Part shown: piece after piece, positions 39,065 to 49,831 of the stretch
How positions within the stretch are numbered: the stretch's first letter is position 1
How the letters are laid out: every line of letters starts with the position of its first letter
Source of the DNA: Gammaproteobacteria bacterium
Lineage (GTDB): Bacteria; Pseudomonadota; Gammaproteobacteria; Eutrophobiales; Eutrophobiaceae
Assembly (NCBI GenBank): GCA_026710545.1
Contig: JAPOQU010000076.1
Location: forward strand, 6,787-70,786
DNA: 64,000 bases
Direction of reading: 5' to 3'
Made by a program: the position numbers and the translations under genes
The notes under the pieces: generated by a model
What the model saw: only the letters and a program-made list of their open reading frames with translations
Database searches by the model: none
Told to the model about the DNA's origin: nothing

Positions 39065-39346
39065 TCAGCGTTGTGACTTCGACAGGTCGCGATAAAAGTT
39101 TTCGTGTGAACCCAAAGCCAGCAGAACGATGCGTTCCGGCTGCTTTTCATGCCGATAAACCGGTAAATACTGTTTATCGGCCACTTTGAATTTATGTACC
39201 CGCACACCGGATAATGCGCCTTTCTTCATTGCGCCAATACCGGTATTCGCCATGATCTTCCTGATGGCCCGATCAACGGCGGTTTTGTCTGTCTGGTGAA
39301 GTTTTTTTATCGTTCTGGAAAAGGAGCCGGTCTGGACGACTCTCAT
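39065..39346 (-). CDS. RelE/ParE-family toxin
   Basis: 93 aa. FSRTIKKL...VRVHKFKVADKQYLPVYRHEKQPERIVLLALGSHENFY. Overlaps the antitoxin stop by 4 nt. Confidence 0.7.
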   Translation of the reverse strand: MRVVQTGSFSRTIKKLHQTDKTAVDRAIRKIMANTGIGAMKKGALSGVRVHKFKVADKQYLPVYRHEKQPERIVLLALGSHENFYRDLSKSQR

Positions 39347-39561
39347 CCGAAGCGGTACTCGCTGAGTTCACCGGCTTCCGCCTCTTCCAGCCCCATCAGG
39401 ATGTTGATCACGAAACGTAAGGGCAAGTCAGGGTTTTCCTCGGCGACCCTGCCGATTGTCGCCCAATGCTCAATCTGCTTCGGGGGAGACCGGTGGAACA
39501 CCTTGGCGTAGCGGGTTGCATCTGCGACCAACTGGTCTGACAGTTTGATGGCTTTAGCCAT
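39343..39561 (-). CDS. ParD-like antitoxin
   Basis: 72 aa. MAKAIKLSDQLVADATRYAKVFHRSPPKQIEHWATIGR resembles the ParD_like family as I recall it. Confidence 0.55.
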   Translation of the reverse strand: MAKAIKLSDQLVADATRYAKVFHRSPPKQIEHWATIGRVAEENPDLPLRFVINILMGLEEAEAGELSEYRFG

Positions 39562-39749
39562 ATTTTCTCACAGTAACATGATCAATAAAGGGGGTTACTA
39601 TTATACGTAAAAGGGGTCTTTTTACAACCTTTTACTTCGGACAACCCGGGCTAGTGAGGTCTTCCTCGACCGGACAGGTTTCTTCTCCGCAGTCATATTG
39701 CCATTACATGCGGGCTGGATTATAATATTGACATTATATAGACAAGTAG

Positions 39750-40058
39750 ATGGACTTATTGGTGATGGTTGATAATATAGTATCAAAGTATAAGTTGCCC
39801 AGTGAAATCCAGCGTTCGCTGTCATCATCGTTCAGGTCAGCGCGGAAATCCAGAAAGCATGGCCGCAGGGAAGCGAGCATCAGGAGTGGCGTGCCGGAGT
39901 CAACCATTCGACGCTTTGAGGACACCGGCGAGATTTCATTAAGGCAACTGCTGATGTTGTGCGATGTCTACGGCAATCCCGGGACTGCCGGCACGCTGTT
40001 TCCGAAGCCCGAGCCGCAAAGCATGGATGAACTGATTGCGATGAGTAACAAGCAGTGA
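39750..40058 (+). CDS. hipB: HTH antitoxin (HipB-like) of the second hipBA module
   Basis: ASIRSGVPESTIRRFEDTGEISLRQLLML is an HTH. Overlaps the hipA-2 start by 4 nt. The start may be the ATG at 39765. Confidence 0.65.
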   Translation: MDLLVMVDNIVSKYKLPSEIQRSLSSSFRSARKSRKHGRREASIRSGVPESTIRRFEDTGEISLRQLLMLCDVYGNPGTAGTLFPKPEPQSMDELIAMSNKQ

Positions 40059-41338
40059 AATTGCTGAATGTTGTCTATCATGGTTTTGGAGGAGACCAGC
40101 CGGTCAGGATGGGCCGCCTGGCCTGGCATGACCAGATCGCGTGGTTTGAGTTTACTGCAGAATTTATACAACACAATTTCAATCCGTCTCCTTTTTCCCT
40201 CGACCTGGCAACAACCTTGCAGAAGGCGCCGCAGGAACCTTTCGGGGGATTGCACGGACTGTTCAACGATTCCCTGCCGGATGGCTGGGGGCTTTATCTA
40301 TTGGACAAGGCGTTCAGACAGGCAGGCCGGGACCCCGCCATGGTCTCCCCTCTTGACAGGCTGGCCTTTGTGGGCAGGCGGACAATGGGGGCAATATCGT
40401 ATGAACCGGATGAGATGGAAAACGCAGAACGGCCCACAGCCGGGGAACTGGACCTTGATACAGTCGGCAATGAGGCGACTCGCCTGTACCAGGGCGAACT
40501 CCAGGAGGTGCTGGAACACCATGCAGTCAATGGCACCCCATCCGCGGGCGCCAGGCCAAAAATCCTCATTGGTTTAAGTAGTGACAGGGCGATAGAGGGC
40601 GCGGGTGATCTACCACCGGGCTATTCCCATTGGCTGGTCAAGTTTCCGACCGGCCAGACACCCGATAAAAAGTCGGAAGGAACCATAGAACATATTTATG
40701 CGGTCATGGCCCACCATGCCGGCATCAACATGGCTGAAACCAGGCTTGCTCAGGCGCGGGAAGGCAATGCTTACTTCTTGACGCGCCGATTTGACAGAGC
40801 CGCCGACAACCATCGCCGTCATGTGCATAGCGTGGCCGGCCTGTTGAACGCGGATTTCAGGACCGCCGATTTCGAATACCGGGAACTCATCAAACTATGC
40901 GGGATGCTCACACGTTCTCATTCGGAGAAGGTGGAACTGTTCCGGCGCATGGTCTTTAATGTCGCTACCGGCAACCGGGACGACCATACAAAGAATTTCG
41001 CTTTCATGTTGTCGGACAAAAACGAGTGGCGCAATACGCCGGCGTATGATGTCACCTGGAACCAGGGAATAATGGGCGAGCATTCCATGAGTGTTAATGG
41101 AAAGGGCAAGGATATCCGCCTTGAAGATATTCTTGCAATCGCCGGGAGCGCGTCCATTTCCCGACAAGATGTCAGCAGTGTGATTGAGGCTGTGATGGAA
41201 GCGCTTTCCGGCTGGAACAACCTGGCGCTTCAGCATGAAGTGCCATCCGATCAACGCCGGGACATACATCGGTACATATCACGTCAACAGCGCGCACTTT
41301 CAGCCGCCACTGTTGCTGTTTCGGCGGCAGAAAAATAG
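40055..41338 (+). CDS. hipA: HipA-family kinase toxin (second, divergent copy)
   Basis: 427 aa. LFNDSLPDGWG...GARPKILIG...TGNRDDHTKNFAFM...TPAYDV. Confidence 0.9.
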   Translation: MKLLNVVYHGFGGDQPVRMGRLAWHDQIAWFEFTAEFIQHNFNPSPFSLDLATTLQKAPQEPFGGLHGLFNDSLPDGWGLYLLDKAFRQAGRDPAMVSPLDRLAFVGRRTMGAISYEPDEMENAERPTAGELDLDTVGNEATRLYQGELQEVLEHHAVNGTPSAGARPKILIGLSSDRAIEGAGDLPPGYSHWLVKFPTGQTPDKKSEGTIEHIYAVMAHHAGINMAETRLAQAREGNAYFLTRRFDRAADNHRRHVHSVAGLLNADFRTADFEYRELIKLCGMLTRSHSEKVELFRRMVFNVATGNRDDHTKNFAFMLSDKNEWRNTPAYDVTWNQGIMGEHSMSVNGKGKDIRLEDILAIAGSASISRQDVSSVIEAVMEALSGWNNLALQHEVPSDQRRDIHRYISRQQRALSAATVAVSAAEK

Positions 41339-41371
41339 CGGCGGTAGAATGGCGCGCTACGCCGTGACCCC

Positions 41372-42418
<1,047 letters not shown>

Positions 42419-42455
42419 TTACGGGAACCCCGTCGCTAGATACTGGTATTCAGTT

Positions 42456-43052
42456 ATGGGAAATGAAAGACAGGCCTCGATACAGAGGTCGACAAAAGAG
42501 ACCGAAATATCCGTCGAACTCAACCTGGACGGGTCCGGCGCCGCTGACTTGCAGGTCGGCGTGCCTTTTCTCGAGCATATGCTCGACCAGGTCGCGCGAC
42601 ACGGCATGTTCGACCTGGACATCAAGGCGCGCGGCGACCTGGAAATTGATGCACATCATACCGTTGAGGATGTCGGTATTACACTGGGGCAGGCCTTCAG
42701 GCAGGCGTTGGGGGACAAACGCGGGATCCGCCGCTACGGGCATGCGTACGTACCCCTGGATGAGGCGTTGTCCAGGGTGGTTCTGGATTTCTCGGGCAGG
42801 CCCGGGCTTGACTACGACGTGGAATATCCCCGCGCCCGGGTGGGAGAATTTGACGTGGACCTGCTGCGCGAGTTCTTCCAGGGTTTTGTCAACCATGCGA
42901 TGGTGACGTTGCACATAGATAATATACGCGGCAGAAATTCTCACCATATCGCCGAAACCATCTTCAAGGCGTTCGGGAGGTCCCTGCGCGCCGCCGTGGA
43001 ACTGGATCCGCGCATGGAGGGTATCCTGCCCTCTACCAAGGGCAAACTATAA
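42456..43052 (+). CDS. hisB: Imidazoleglycerol-phosphate dehydratase
   Basis: [18 protein letters not shown]...[13 protein letters not shown]...[11 protein letters not shown]...[15 protein letters not shown]. Confidence 0.95.
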   Translation: MGNERQASIQRSTKETEISVELNLDGSGAADLQVGVPFLEHMLDQVARHGMFDLDIKARGDLEIDAHHTVEDVGITLGQAFRQALGDKRGIRRYGHAYVPLDEALSRVVLDFSGRPGLDYDVEYPRARVGEFDVDLLREFFQGFVNHAMVTLHIDNIRGRNSHHIAETIFKAFGRSLRAAVELDPRMEGILPSTKGKL

Positions 43053-43082
43053 CCCGCATCTGGCAAACAGGGCGCGGCCGGC

Positions 43083-43733
43083 ATGCAAACGCGTAAAACC
43101 ATCGCTATACTGGATTATGGTTCCGGCAACCTGCACTCCGTAGCAAAAGCGCTTGAGCACGTTGCCGGCGCCGACTATCGCGTGCTGGTCAGCAATGACT
43201 ACGACACTATCCTGTCAGCCGAACGCATCGTATTCCCCGGACAGGGCGCCATAGGCCAGTGCATGGAAATGCTGATCGGCAGGGGTTTTCCCGCCCTGCT
43301 CAGGGAGTGTATCCGCAGTAAACCTTTTCTCGGTATCTGCCTTGGCCTGCAGACCCTGCTGGACTTCAGCGAAGAAGACGACGGTACTGAAGGCCTGGGG
43401 GTGATCCCCGGAAAAGTACTCAGGTTTCCGGCGGCTGCCCGGGATGAAAACGGCGATCCGTTCAAGATTCCGCATATGGGCTGGAACGAGGTCAGACAAA
43501 CAACGCCCCACCCCCTATGGAAAAACATCAACTCCGGTGAACGGTTTTATTTTGTTCACAGTTATTACGTACAGCCGGAGAATGAGTCTGACTCAGCCGG
43601 CACCACGGATTACATCGTCCGTTTTACATCCGCCGCAGCCCGGGACAATTTATTCGCCACGCAATTCCACCCGGAAAAGAGCCAGCGCGCCGGTCTTGCA
43701 CTGCTGAATAATTTTCTTGAGTGGCGTCCGTAA
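43083..43733 (+). CDS. hisH: Imidazole glycerol phosphate synthase, glutamine amidotransferase subunit
   Basis: IAILDYGSGNLHSVAKALE...LGICLGLQ...VHSYY...TQFHPEKS. Confidence 0.95.
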   Translation: MQTRKTIAILDYGSGNLHSVAKALEHVAGADYRVLVSNDYDTILSAERIVFPGQGAIGQCMEMLIGRGFPALLRECIRSKPFLGICLGLQTLLDFSEEDDGTEGLGVIPGKVLRFPAAARDENGDPFKIPHMGWNEVRQTTPHPLWKNINSGERFYFVHSYYVQPENESDSAGTTDYIVRFTSAAARDNLFATQFHPEKSQRAGLALLNNFLEWRP

Positions 43734-43843
43734 CCGGCAACCCCCGGATACCGGCGACAGTGCGCCGGAAGGGACAGCCAACCAGCCAGAATCTGCATCC
43801 GCCCTGGGCGGATCAGGGCGTCCCGGTATGCAGGTTATAGCGC

Positions 43844-43866
43844 GGGGGCAGCTGTATACTGCCCCC
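43844..43866. terminator. GC-rich hairpin GGGGGCAG-CTGTATA-CTGCCCCC between convergent hisH and the HU-like gene
   Basis: Read directly. There is a weak T tract on the + strand. Confidence 0.5.
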
Positions 43867-43877
43867 GGTTACCTGTT

Positions 43878-44210
43878 TTAAGATACCGTATCTTTCAGGG
43901 CTTTTAATGGTGTTGCGCGCACGGCAACGCTTGCCGGCTTTGCCGCGATGGTGATTTTCTCACCAGTAGCAGGGTTAATGCCCGGGCGTTCGGGACGGGC
44001 AGGCTTGATCACTCGGCTCAGTTTTACGCCCATTGACGGAATGGTAAATTCCCCGGAAGCCCCGTCTTGCAGATGACGTACAGCCAGACCAGCAAGGGAG
44101 TCAAGTACCGCGGCTACCTGTTTCTTGGTTTGTCCTGTTTCTTCAGCAACGTGTGCCAGGATTTGAGATTTGGTTTGTTTATTCGCAATCGCTTGAGGTC
44201 TATCAGCCAT
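43878..44210 (-). CDS. HU/IHF-family DNA-binding protein with N-terminal extension
   Basis: GQTKKQVAAVLDSL...RPGINPATGEKITIAAKPASVAVRATPLKALKDTV carries the HU arm motif R-x-G-x-N-P-x-T-G-E. Confidence 0.8.
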   Translation of the reverse strand: MADRPQAIANKQTKSQILAHVAEETGQTKKQVAAVLDSLAGLAVRHLQDGASGEFTIPSMGVKLSRVIKPARPERPGINPATGEKITIAAKPASVAVRATPLKALKDTVS

Positions 44211-44542
44211 TTTTGCCTCTCAATATGAAAGTTTATGATTGTTTGTAGTTTGTGATGTCCGTCACTCCCTGATATGAGTAGTTCCCGACGCCTTTGAACT
44301 CCCCCCGTTTGAGCAAAGTTCCTCCCTCACGTTACGATTATATTACAAAATCAAATGAGTGGAACTGAAATAAGCAAAAAAATTTCTTTTTTTTCATGCC
44401 GGCATAATCATTCATGGTTACACTTCGCCGTCTGTTTACATTTAATACGCCGGTAACCCGGTAAATTCATGCATGCGCCTGTACCCGCGCCCGGTATGCA
44501 CTCGTATTTTCCATCTTGTATTGTTACCTGCCGCGAGAATAC

Positions 44543-45517
44543 TCATGCCCTTGTTCTGCCACACAAAGATGTGAACAGATCCTCGTTTTCCGGGGACATA
44601 AATACATCATAATGGCGTTGAAACTTTTTCTTTTTCGCGTTTTCACGGTCCGCATACACCTTGCCCAGGAATTCCATCGCGGCCTTCACTCCCCGGTGTT
44701 CCTTCCCCTGGAAGTTTTCCTGCCATTGACCCAGGTACTGCTGCTGAACCTGGTAATCGACAATGTCTCCCAGCACGTTCTGGAGTTGTCGTAACTGTCT
44801 GGTTGCCTGTTCTGCATCTTTTCCGGGAAACAGCGTGCGAAACGCTTCCAGCAGGTAACGCAGTTTTTTAGCGGACTTCCGCAGTTCGTGCAATGCTTCA
44901 TCCGACCCGCTGTCCGCCGCGCGCCTGCCCTGCTTCATTGTTCTTTCCCATGCCCCCCAGATGGCTGTCCGGGCAGTTTCGAGCACCGGGCCCGTCGCAT
45001 TCTCTTCACGGATACTTTCCTGCAGGGATTGGCGCCAGGCGTGAATGAAAACCAGGAAGCGGTCTGATTCCAGCGCACTGACAAGATCTTTTCTTTCACT
45101 CTCCCTGCGTTGCCGTAAAAAGTCCTGTAACGGCATTAATTGTGTGTACACTTCTTCAGGCAATATTTTTTTATACTGCCTGAATGCCAGCAGGAAAACA
45201 TCAATGTCGCGCAGGGCAGAGGTCTGTTTACTCATCCAGGAAAAAAACTGTTTGCCGCGCTCGTGTGCGGGCGCAGCCAGAGCCTGTTTCATCCCCGCGA
45301 TCAAGGAGCGGCTGCGCCGGTTGGCGATCCTGAAACCGTGCAGGGACTCGGTGTCCACATCATCCCTGATGCCCTGAATATTACGCTCCATGATATCCAG
45401 TTGGCAGAGCAGGATAGTGGCCAGGGCCTGGCGCACTGTCATACCCGGATCCAGTTGCGCCATCAGTCTCGACGAACAGTCTCCGGGGAAACGGGCAACG
45501 CAGGCCGGCAAGCGCAA
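44543..45517 (-). CDS. CHAD-domain protein
   Basis: LHGFRIANRRSRSLI and LHELRKSAKKLRYLLEAF, in an all-helical His/Arg-rich repeat pattern. Start uncertain (alternatives are the internal ATGs opening MAQLDPG and MTVRQAL). Confidence 0.7.
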   Translation of the reverse strand: MRLPACVARFPGDCSSRLMAQLDPGMTVRQALATILLCQLDIMERNIQGIRDDVDTESLHGFRIANRRSRSLIAGMKQALAAPAHERGKQFFSWMSKQTSALRDIDVFLLAFRQYKKILPEEVYTQLMPLQDFLRQRRESERKDLVSALESDRFLVFIHAWRQSLQESIREENATGPVLETARTAIWGAWERTMKQGRRAADSGSDEALHELRKSAKKLRYLLEAFRTLFPGKDAEQATRQLRQLQNVLGDIVDYQVQQQYLGQWQENFQGKEHRGVKAAMEFLGKVYADRENAKKKKFQRHYDVFMSPENEDLFTSLCGRTRA

Positions 45518-45590
45518 TCAGGCAAATGCCTCCTCAGACCGGTTATTGCACGAGTTTGCCAGAGAACGAATTGCGGGCAACAGCTTCCCA

Positions 45591-46898
45591 TTACCTGAAC
45601 GGTCTGATATATCCCGGCGCCGCTTCCCGCTCGATTGCCCGTCTGGCGATATCGGTGCGGTAAAACAAGGCGTCACAGTCTATGGCTGCAACGGCTTCGT
45701 AGGCCTTGCCGGCGGCGCTGGTGACGTCGTCGGCCAGGGCCGTAACGCACAGCACCCGGCCGCCGTTGGTGAGTATGCCGTTGTCAGCCTGCCTGGTTCC
45801 GGCATGAAATACCTTCACGTCTTCACCCACCTGATCGGGCCCGGAAACAACTTTGTCCCTGGTGGAGCTCTCCGGATACCCGGACGATGCCATCACGACC
45901 CCCACTGCCGGACGAGGGTCCCATGAAACGGCATCTTCACGCAGATTTTGCGTCAGCGCCATTTCACATAAAGCGGGCAGGTCCCCGCTCAGCCGCATCA
46001 GGATCGGCTGGGTTTCCGGGTCGCCCAGACGGCAGTTGAACTCCAGCACGTCAGGGTCGCCGTTGGCGCCGATCATGAGCCCGGCATACAGAAATCCCCG
46101 GTAAGGGCAGCCTTCTGCCTGCATACCGGCAATTGCCGGTTCTATGACGCTCGCCATGATCCTGTCATGCAAGTCCCTGGTCATAATTGCGGAAGGGGAA
46201 TATGCGCCCATGCCGCCCGTATTGGGGCCTGCATCGCCATCATCCCTCGCCTTGTGATCCTGGGAACTGGCCAGCGGGATGACATTCACACCGTCGCTTA
46301 TGACCATGAAACTGGTTTCCTCCCCGGCGATAAATTCTTCTATCACCACCCGCTGTCCCGCTGCACCGAATTTTCCGGCAGCCATCATGTCGGTAACGGC
46401 GCGGCCGGCTTCAGCACGGGTTTGTGCGATAATTACACCTTTGCCCGCGGCCAGTCCGTCAGCCTTGACAACGACAGGCGGGTTTCTCGACTCGATATAA
46501 TCCATGGCCGCACCGAGTTCGGTGAAGGTCTCATACGCGGCCGTCGGGATACCGTAGCGCCGCATGAAGGCTTTGCTGAAGCTCTTTGAACCTTCCAGCC
46601 TGGCAGCATCCGCACATGGGCCGAAACAATGCAACCCCGCATCCGTAAACGCATCCACGACGCCGGAAACCAGCGGCGCTTCCGGCCCCACTATGGTCAG
46701 AGAGACGGCATGACCGCGGGCGAATTCAATCAGTCCGGGTGTGTCTGAAGGCGCGAGGGGGATATTTTCAACCTTATCCTCCAGCGCGCTGCCGGCATTG
46801 CCCGGTGCGACGTAAACTTTTTTTACCCCGGGCGATTGGGCCGACTTCCAGGCCAGTGCATGTTCCCGTCCCCCGCCGCCGATGATCAGGATGTTCAT
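45591..46898 (-). CDS. purD: Phosphoribosylamine--glycine ligase
   Basis: MNILIIGGGGREHALAWK...GPNTGGMGAYSP.... Confidence 0.95.
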   Translation of the reverse strand: MNILIIGGGGREHALAWKSAQSPGVKKVYVAPGNAGSALEDKVENIPLAPSDTPGLIEFARGHAVSLTIVGPEAPLVSGVVDAFTDAGLHCFGPCADAARLEGSKSFSKAFMRRYGIPTAAYETFTELGAAMDYIESRNPPVVVKADGLAAGKGVIIAQTRAEAGRAVTDMMAAGKFGAAGQRVVIEEFIAGEETSFMVISDGVNVIPLASSQDHKARDDGDAGPNTGGMGAYSPSAIMTRDLHDRIMASVIEPAIAGMQAEGCPYRGFLYAGLMIGANGDPDVLEFNCRLGDPETQPILMRLSGDLPALCEMALTQNLREDAVSWDPRPAVGVVMASSGYPESSTRDKVVSGPDQVGEDVKVFHAGTRQADNGILTNGGRVLCVTALADDVTSAAGKAYEAVAAIDCDALFYRTDIARRAIEREAAPGYIRPFR

Positions 46899-46907
46899 TA
46901 TTCGGGA

Positions 46908-48470
46908 TCAGTGGCGGAAATGGCGCATGGAGGTGAATACCATCGCCATGTCATGTTCATCCGCTGCCGCGATCACATCCTTGTCACGCACCGAACCGCC
47001 CGGTTGTATCACAGCCGTAATACCTGATTGCGCGGCGGAATCGATACCGTCCCGGAACGGAAAAAACGCATCCGATGCCATTACTGCGCCGGCAACCTGC
47101 AACCCTGCATCGGCAGCCTTGATCGCGGCAATGCGGGCGCTGTAGACCCGGCTCATCTGGCCGGCGCCGATGCCGATAGTCCGGTGCTGCCGGGCATAGA
47201 CAATGGCATTGGACTTGACGTATTTCACTACCTGCCAGGCAAACAGCATATCATCCAGTTCCCCCGGTTCCGGTTTGCGCCTGGACACGACGTTCAATTG
47301 TTCAGGCTTGAGCGTGCCTGTATCCATGTCCTGGACCAGTAATCCACCGCTGACGCGTTTCAGCTCCAGTTGTCCCTGTTGAGAAGCCCGGTTGCCGGTA
47401 ACCAGCACGCGCACCCCCGGTTTTGCGCCGGTTACCGGGAGCACGCCCTCTTCAAGGCCCGGCGCGAGAATTACTTCCACGAACTGCTGCTCAATGATAT
47501 TTTCCGCGGTTTCCTTGTCCAGGCTGCGGTTGAAAGCGATGATGCCGCCGAACGCGGAGACAGGGTCGGTCTCATAGGCCGCAGCATAAGCGGCAGGCAG
47601 GGAACTGCTCTCCGCCACGCCGCAGGGGTTGGCGTGCTTGACAATAACACAGGCAGGCTCGCCGAACCCTGACACACATTCCAGGGCGGCATCGGCATCG
47701 GCAAGATTATTGTAGGAAAGCGCTTTCCCCTGTAACTGGCGGGCGCAAGCGAGAGTCCCGCCGGCGGGTTCGGGTTCCGTGTAAAACGCCGCGGATTGAT
47801 GGGGATTCTCACCATACCTTAACTCTTCGGCCAGACTGAATTGCATGGAGTACGTATCCGGGTAATTTCTGCTGCCGCCCTGGTGGTCCAGCGCACCCAG
47901 GTAATTGGCCACGTTGGCATCGTAGTTCGCAGTATGGGAAAAGGCTTTTTGCGCAAGTCTGAAGCAGGTTGGGACACTCAGCCTGTTTTCGTTTTCCTGT
48001 AATTCATTCAGGACCCCGGCATAGTCCTTATGATCAATGACGACCCCGGTGAACTCGTAGTTTTTCGCCGCAGCCCTGAGCATCGCGGGTCCGCCTATGT
48101 CAATATTCTCTATTGCCTCAGCCAGGGTACAGTCCGGGCGTTTGACGGTATCTTCAAAAGGATAAAGATTGACAACGACAAGGTCGATCGGCGCAATGTC
48201 CAGTTGTTCCATGATCTCATCGTCCCGGCCGCGCCGCCCGAGCAGGCCGCCGTGGATTTTCGGGTGCAGCGTTTTCACCCTGCCGTCCATGATCTCCGGG
48301 AACCCGGTGTAGGCGGATACATCCGTAACCTGAACATCATGGGACTGTAACAGCCTGAACGTACCCCCGGTAGAGAGCATGTCGACACCCAGGCGCGCCA
48401 GCGCCTGACAGAATTCCACAATGCCGGATTTATCCGAGACGCTGATCAGCGCGCGTCTTACATGCAGCAT
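46908..48470 (-). CDS. purH: Bifunctional AICAR transformylase / IMP cyclohydrolase
   Basis: [14 protein letters not shown]...[13 protein letters not shown]...[11 protein letters not shown]...MRHFRH. Confidence 0.95.
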   Translation of the reverse strand: MLHVRRALISVSDKSGIVEFCQALARLGVDMLSTGGTFRLLQSHDVQVTDVSAYTGFPEIMDGRVKTLHPKIHGGLLGRRGRDDEIMEQLDIAPIDLVVVNLYPFEDTVKRPDCTLAEAIENIDIGGPAMLRAAAKNYEFTGVVIDHKDYAGVLNELQENENRLSVPTCFRLAQKAFSHTANYDANVANYLGALDHQGGSRNYPDTYSMQFSLAEELRYGENPHQSAAFYTEPEPAGGTLACARQLQGKALSYNNLADADAALECVSGFGEPACVIVKHANPCGVAESSSLPAAYAAAYETDPVSAFGGIIAFNRSLDKETAENIIEQQFVEVILAPGLEEGVLPVTGAKPGVRVLVTGNRASQQGQLELKRVSGGLLVQDMDTGTLKPEQLNVVSRRKPEPGELDDMLFAWQVVKYVKSNAIVYARQHRTIGIGAGQMSRVYSARIAAIKAADAGLQVAGAVMASDAFFPFRDGIDSAAQSGITAVIQPGGSVRDKDVIAAADEHDMAMVFTSMRHFRH

Positions 48471-48471
48471 G

Positions 48472-48738
48472 TCAGGGTACTACACCGTATTTCTTCAACC
48501 GTCCCAGTACCGTCCCCCTGTTCAGGCCCAATGCCTGCGCGGTACGGCTTATGTTACCGTTATGATGATCTAACACGATTCTAAACAGCGGCTTTTCTAC
48601 CTGGGAGATGACCAGCTCATGGAGGTTAGTGGCTTCCTCGCCATCCAGGTCCCTGAAATAATTTTCTAATGCCTTTTCCACGCACTCATTCAGGGAATGC
48701 GCGGCAGATTTTGTCTGGGCTGAATCCTGTTTAGTCAA
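48472..48738 (-). CDS. fis: DNA-binding protein Fis
   Basis: 88 aa. C-terminal [25 protein letters not shown] is an HTH. Conserved fis-purH-purD order. Confidence 0.9.
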   Translation of the reverse strand: MTKQDSAQTKSAAHSLNECVEKALENYFRDLDGEEATNLHELVISQVEKPLFRIVLDHHNGNISRTAQALGLNRGTVLGRLKKYGVVP

Positions 48739-48870
48739 CGTAATATATAAGATTTACTTCGGCACGATATTCCGGCTGTCTTCGCAACCTTTTTACTTCC
48801 CTGCTCTCAACAATAGCAATCAAAAAACTTTCATGCAATCCCTTTTGACCAACAATTGCCGGGAGAACTG

Positions 48871-49827
48871 TTAATGGAACCGGAATTCAAAACCGGCGGC
48901 CTGTGGTAACGTGCCGGCAAGCTCCAGATCAAGGTGAACCTCCACGCCGGGAGGCATGCCGGCGGCAGGGTTGCTGCCCGGCTCGAGATATTCGTCGGCA
49001 GTGAAACTGCCGCGGGATATTACCTGTCCGCTTGTATCGTAAATTACCAATTCAATCCCGGGATACGGCTGAATTAATGGGGCATGATTGACGATGGTGG
49101 CGCTGACCAGCAGGGCATTCCGGTAACGCGGGTGTGAGCGCACGTCCCTGCTCACCAGCTTGATGGCCGATATGTCACGAAAACGAATCAGATCACACTG
49201 CAGCCGATCACAGAACTTTTCAGCCCAGGGGGTCAATTGCGGGTACTCGCGCAGCAACCAGTCCCTGTTGAACCAGGCAAGCTGGGCCAGTGCAATCAGC
49301 AGCAGGATGACAACAAGTCCCGACCAGATAACCCGGGAGTATGAGCGGGCCGTCCCGTCATCATAACCCGCAAGCACCGGCGGCAATTCATCCAGTGCTG
49401 CGCGATCTTCCACGACTTCCGCCGTTGTATTGCCAGTAGCGTCCCGTTGACCGGCAGTTATCTCATCCTGCCCGTGAATTTGCCGGTCCGGAGCAGCGGG
49501 CTGCTCCTCGCCGGTATCTTCCGGAGTGGGTTGTTCCTGTTGCCGTGCAGCCTGTTCCTCGCCGGTGTCTGCCGGAAGGGGTTGTTCCTGTTGCCGCGCG
49601 GTCTGTTCTACGGCCTGCTCCGTTTCAGCGCCGGCAGACGGCAGCCCCGGCGCGGCCTCTTCAGGCGGCAGGACCGGCGGGTGCGACTTTACAGGAGCGT
49701 CGTAAAGCCGATCCAGCGCATAAAACGTCTCGGCGCAATAACCGCATCTTACCCAACCGTCGGCTGCTTTCAGCTGCGCTGCGCGGATACGGAACAGGCG
49801 CTCACAGGATGGGCAGTCCGTAAACAT
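48871..49827 (-). CDS. MJ0042-type zinc-ribbon / DUF3426 membrane protein
   Basis: MFTDCPSCERLFRIRAAQLKAADGWVRCGYCAETF zinc ribbon, an acidic repeat linker, one TM helix and a C-terminal DUF3426-like beta domain. Confidence 0.7.
   Translation of the reverse strand: MFTDCPSCERLFRIRAAQLKAADGWVRCGYCAETFYALDRLYDAPVKSHPPVLPPEEAAPGLPSAGAETEQAVEQTARQQEQPLPADTGEEQAARQQEQPTPEDTGEEQPAAPDRQIHGQDEITAGQRDATGNTTAEVVEDRAALDELPPVLAGYDDGTARSYSRVIWSGLVVILLLIALAQLAWFNRDWLLREYPQLTPWAEKFCDRLQCDLIRFRDISAIKLVSRDVRSHPRYRNALLVSATIVNHAPLIQPYPGIELVIYDTSGQVISRGSFTADEYLEPGSNPAAGMPPGVEVHLDLELAGTLPQAAGFEFRFH
49501..49602. repeat. Intragenic 51-bp tandem repeat x2 (encodes ARQQEQP(L/T)P(A/E)DTGEEQ twice)
   Basis: Read directly, inside the DUF3426 gene linker. 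Confidence 0.8.
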
Positions 49828-49831
49828 GGCC

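Noticed and set aside
29965-41340. Prophage or integrative conjugative element
   Set aside because: No integrase, excisionase, capsid, tail or conjugation genes are visible, and no flanking tRNA. The only mobility gene is a transposase fragment.
42456-43733. hisB-hisH without hisA-hisF as a truncated operon
   Set aside because: Dispersed his genes are common outside enterics. A clean hairpin and a convergent HU-like gene follow hisH. There is no sign of deletion scars.
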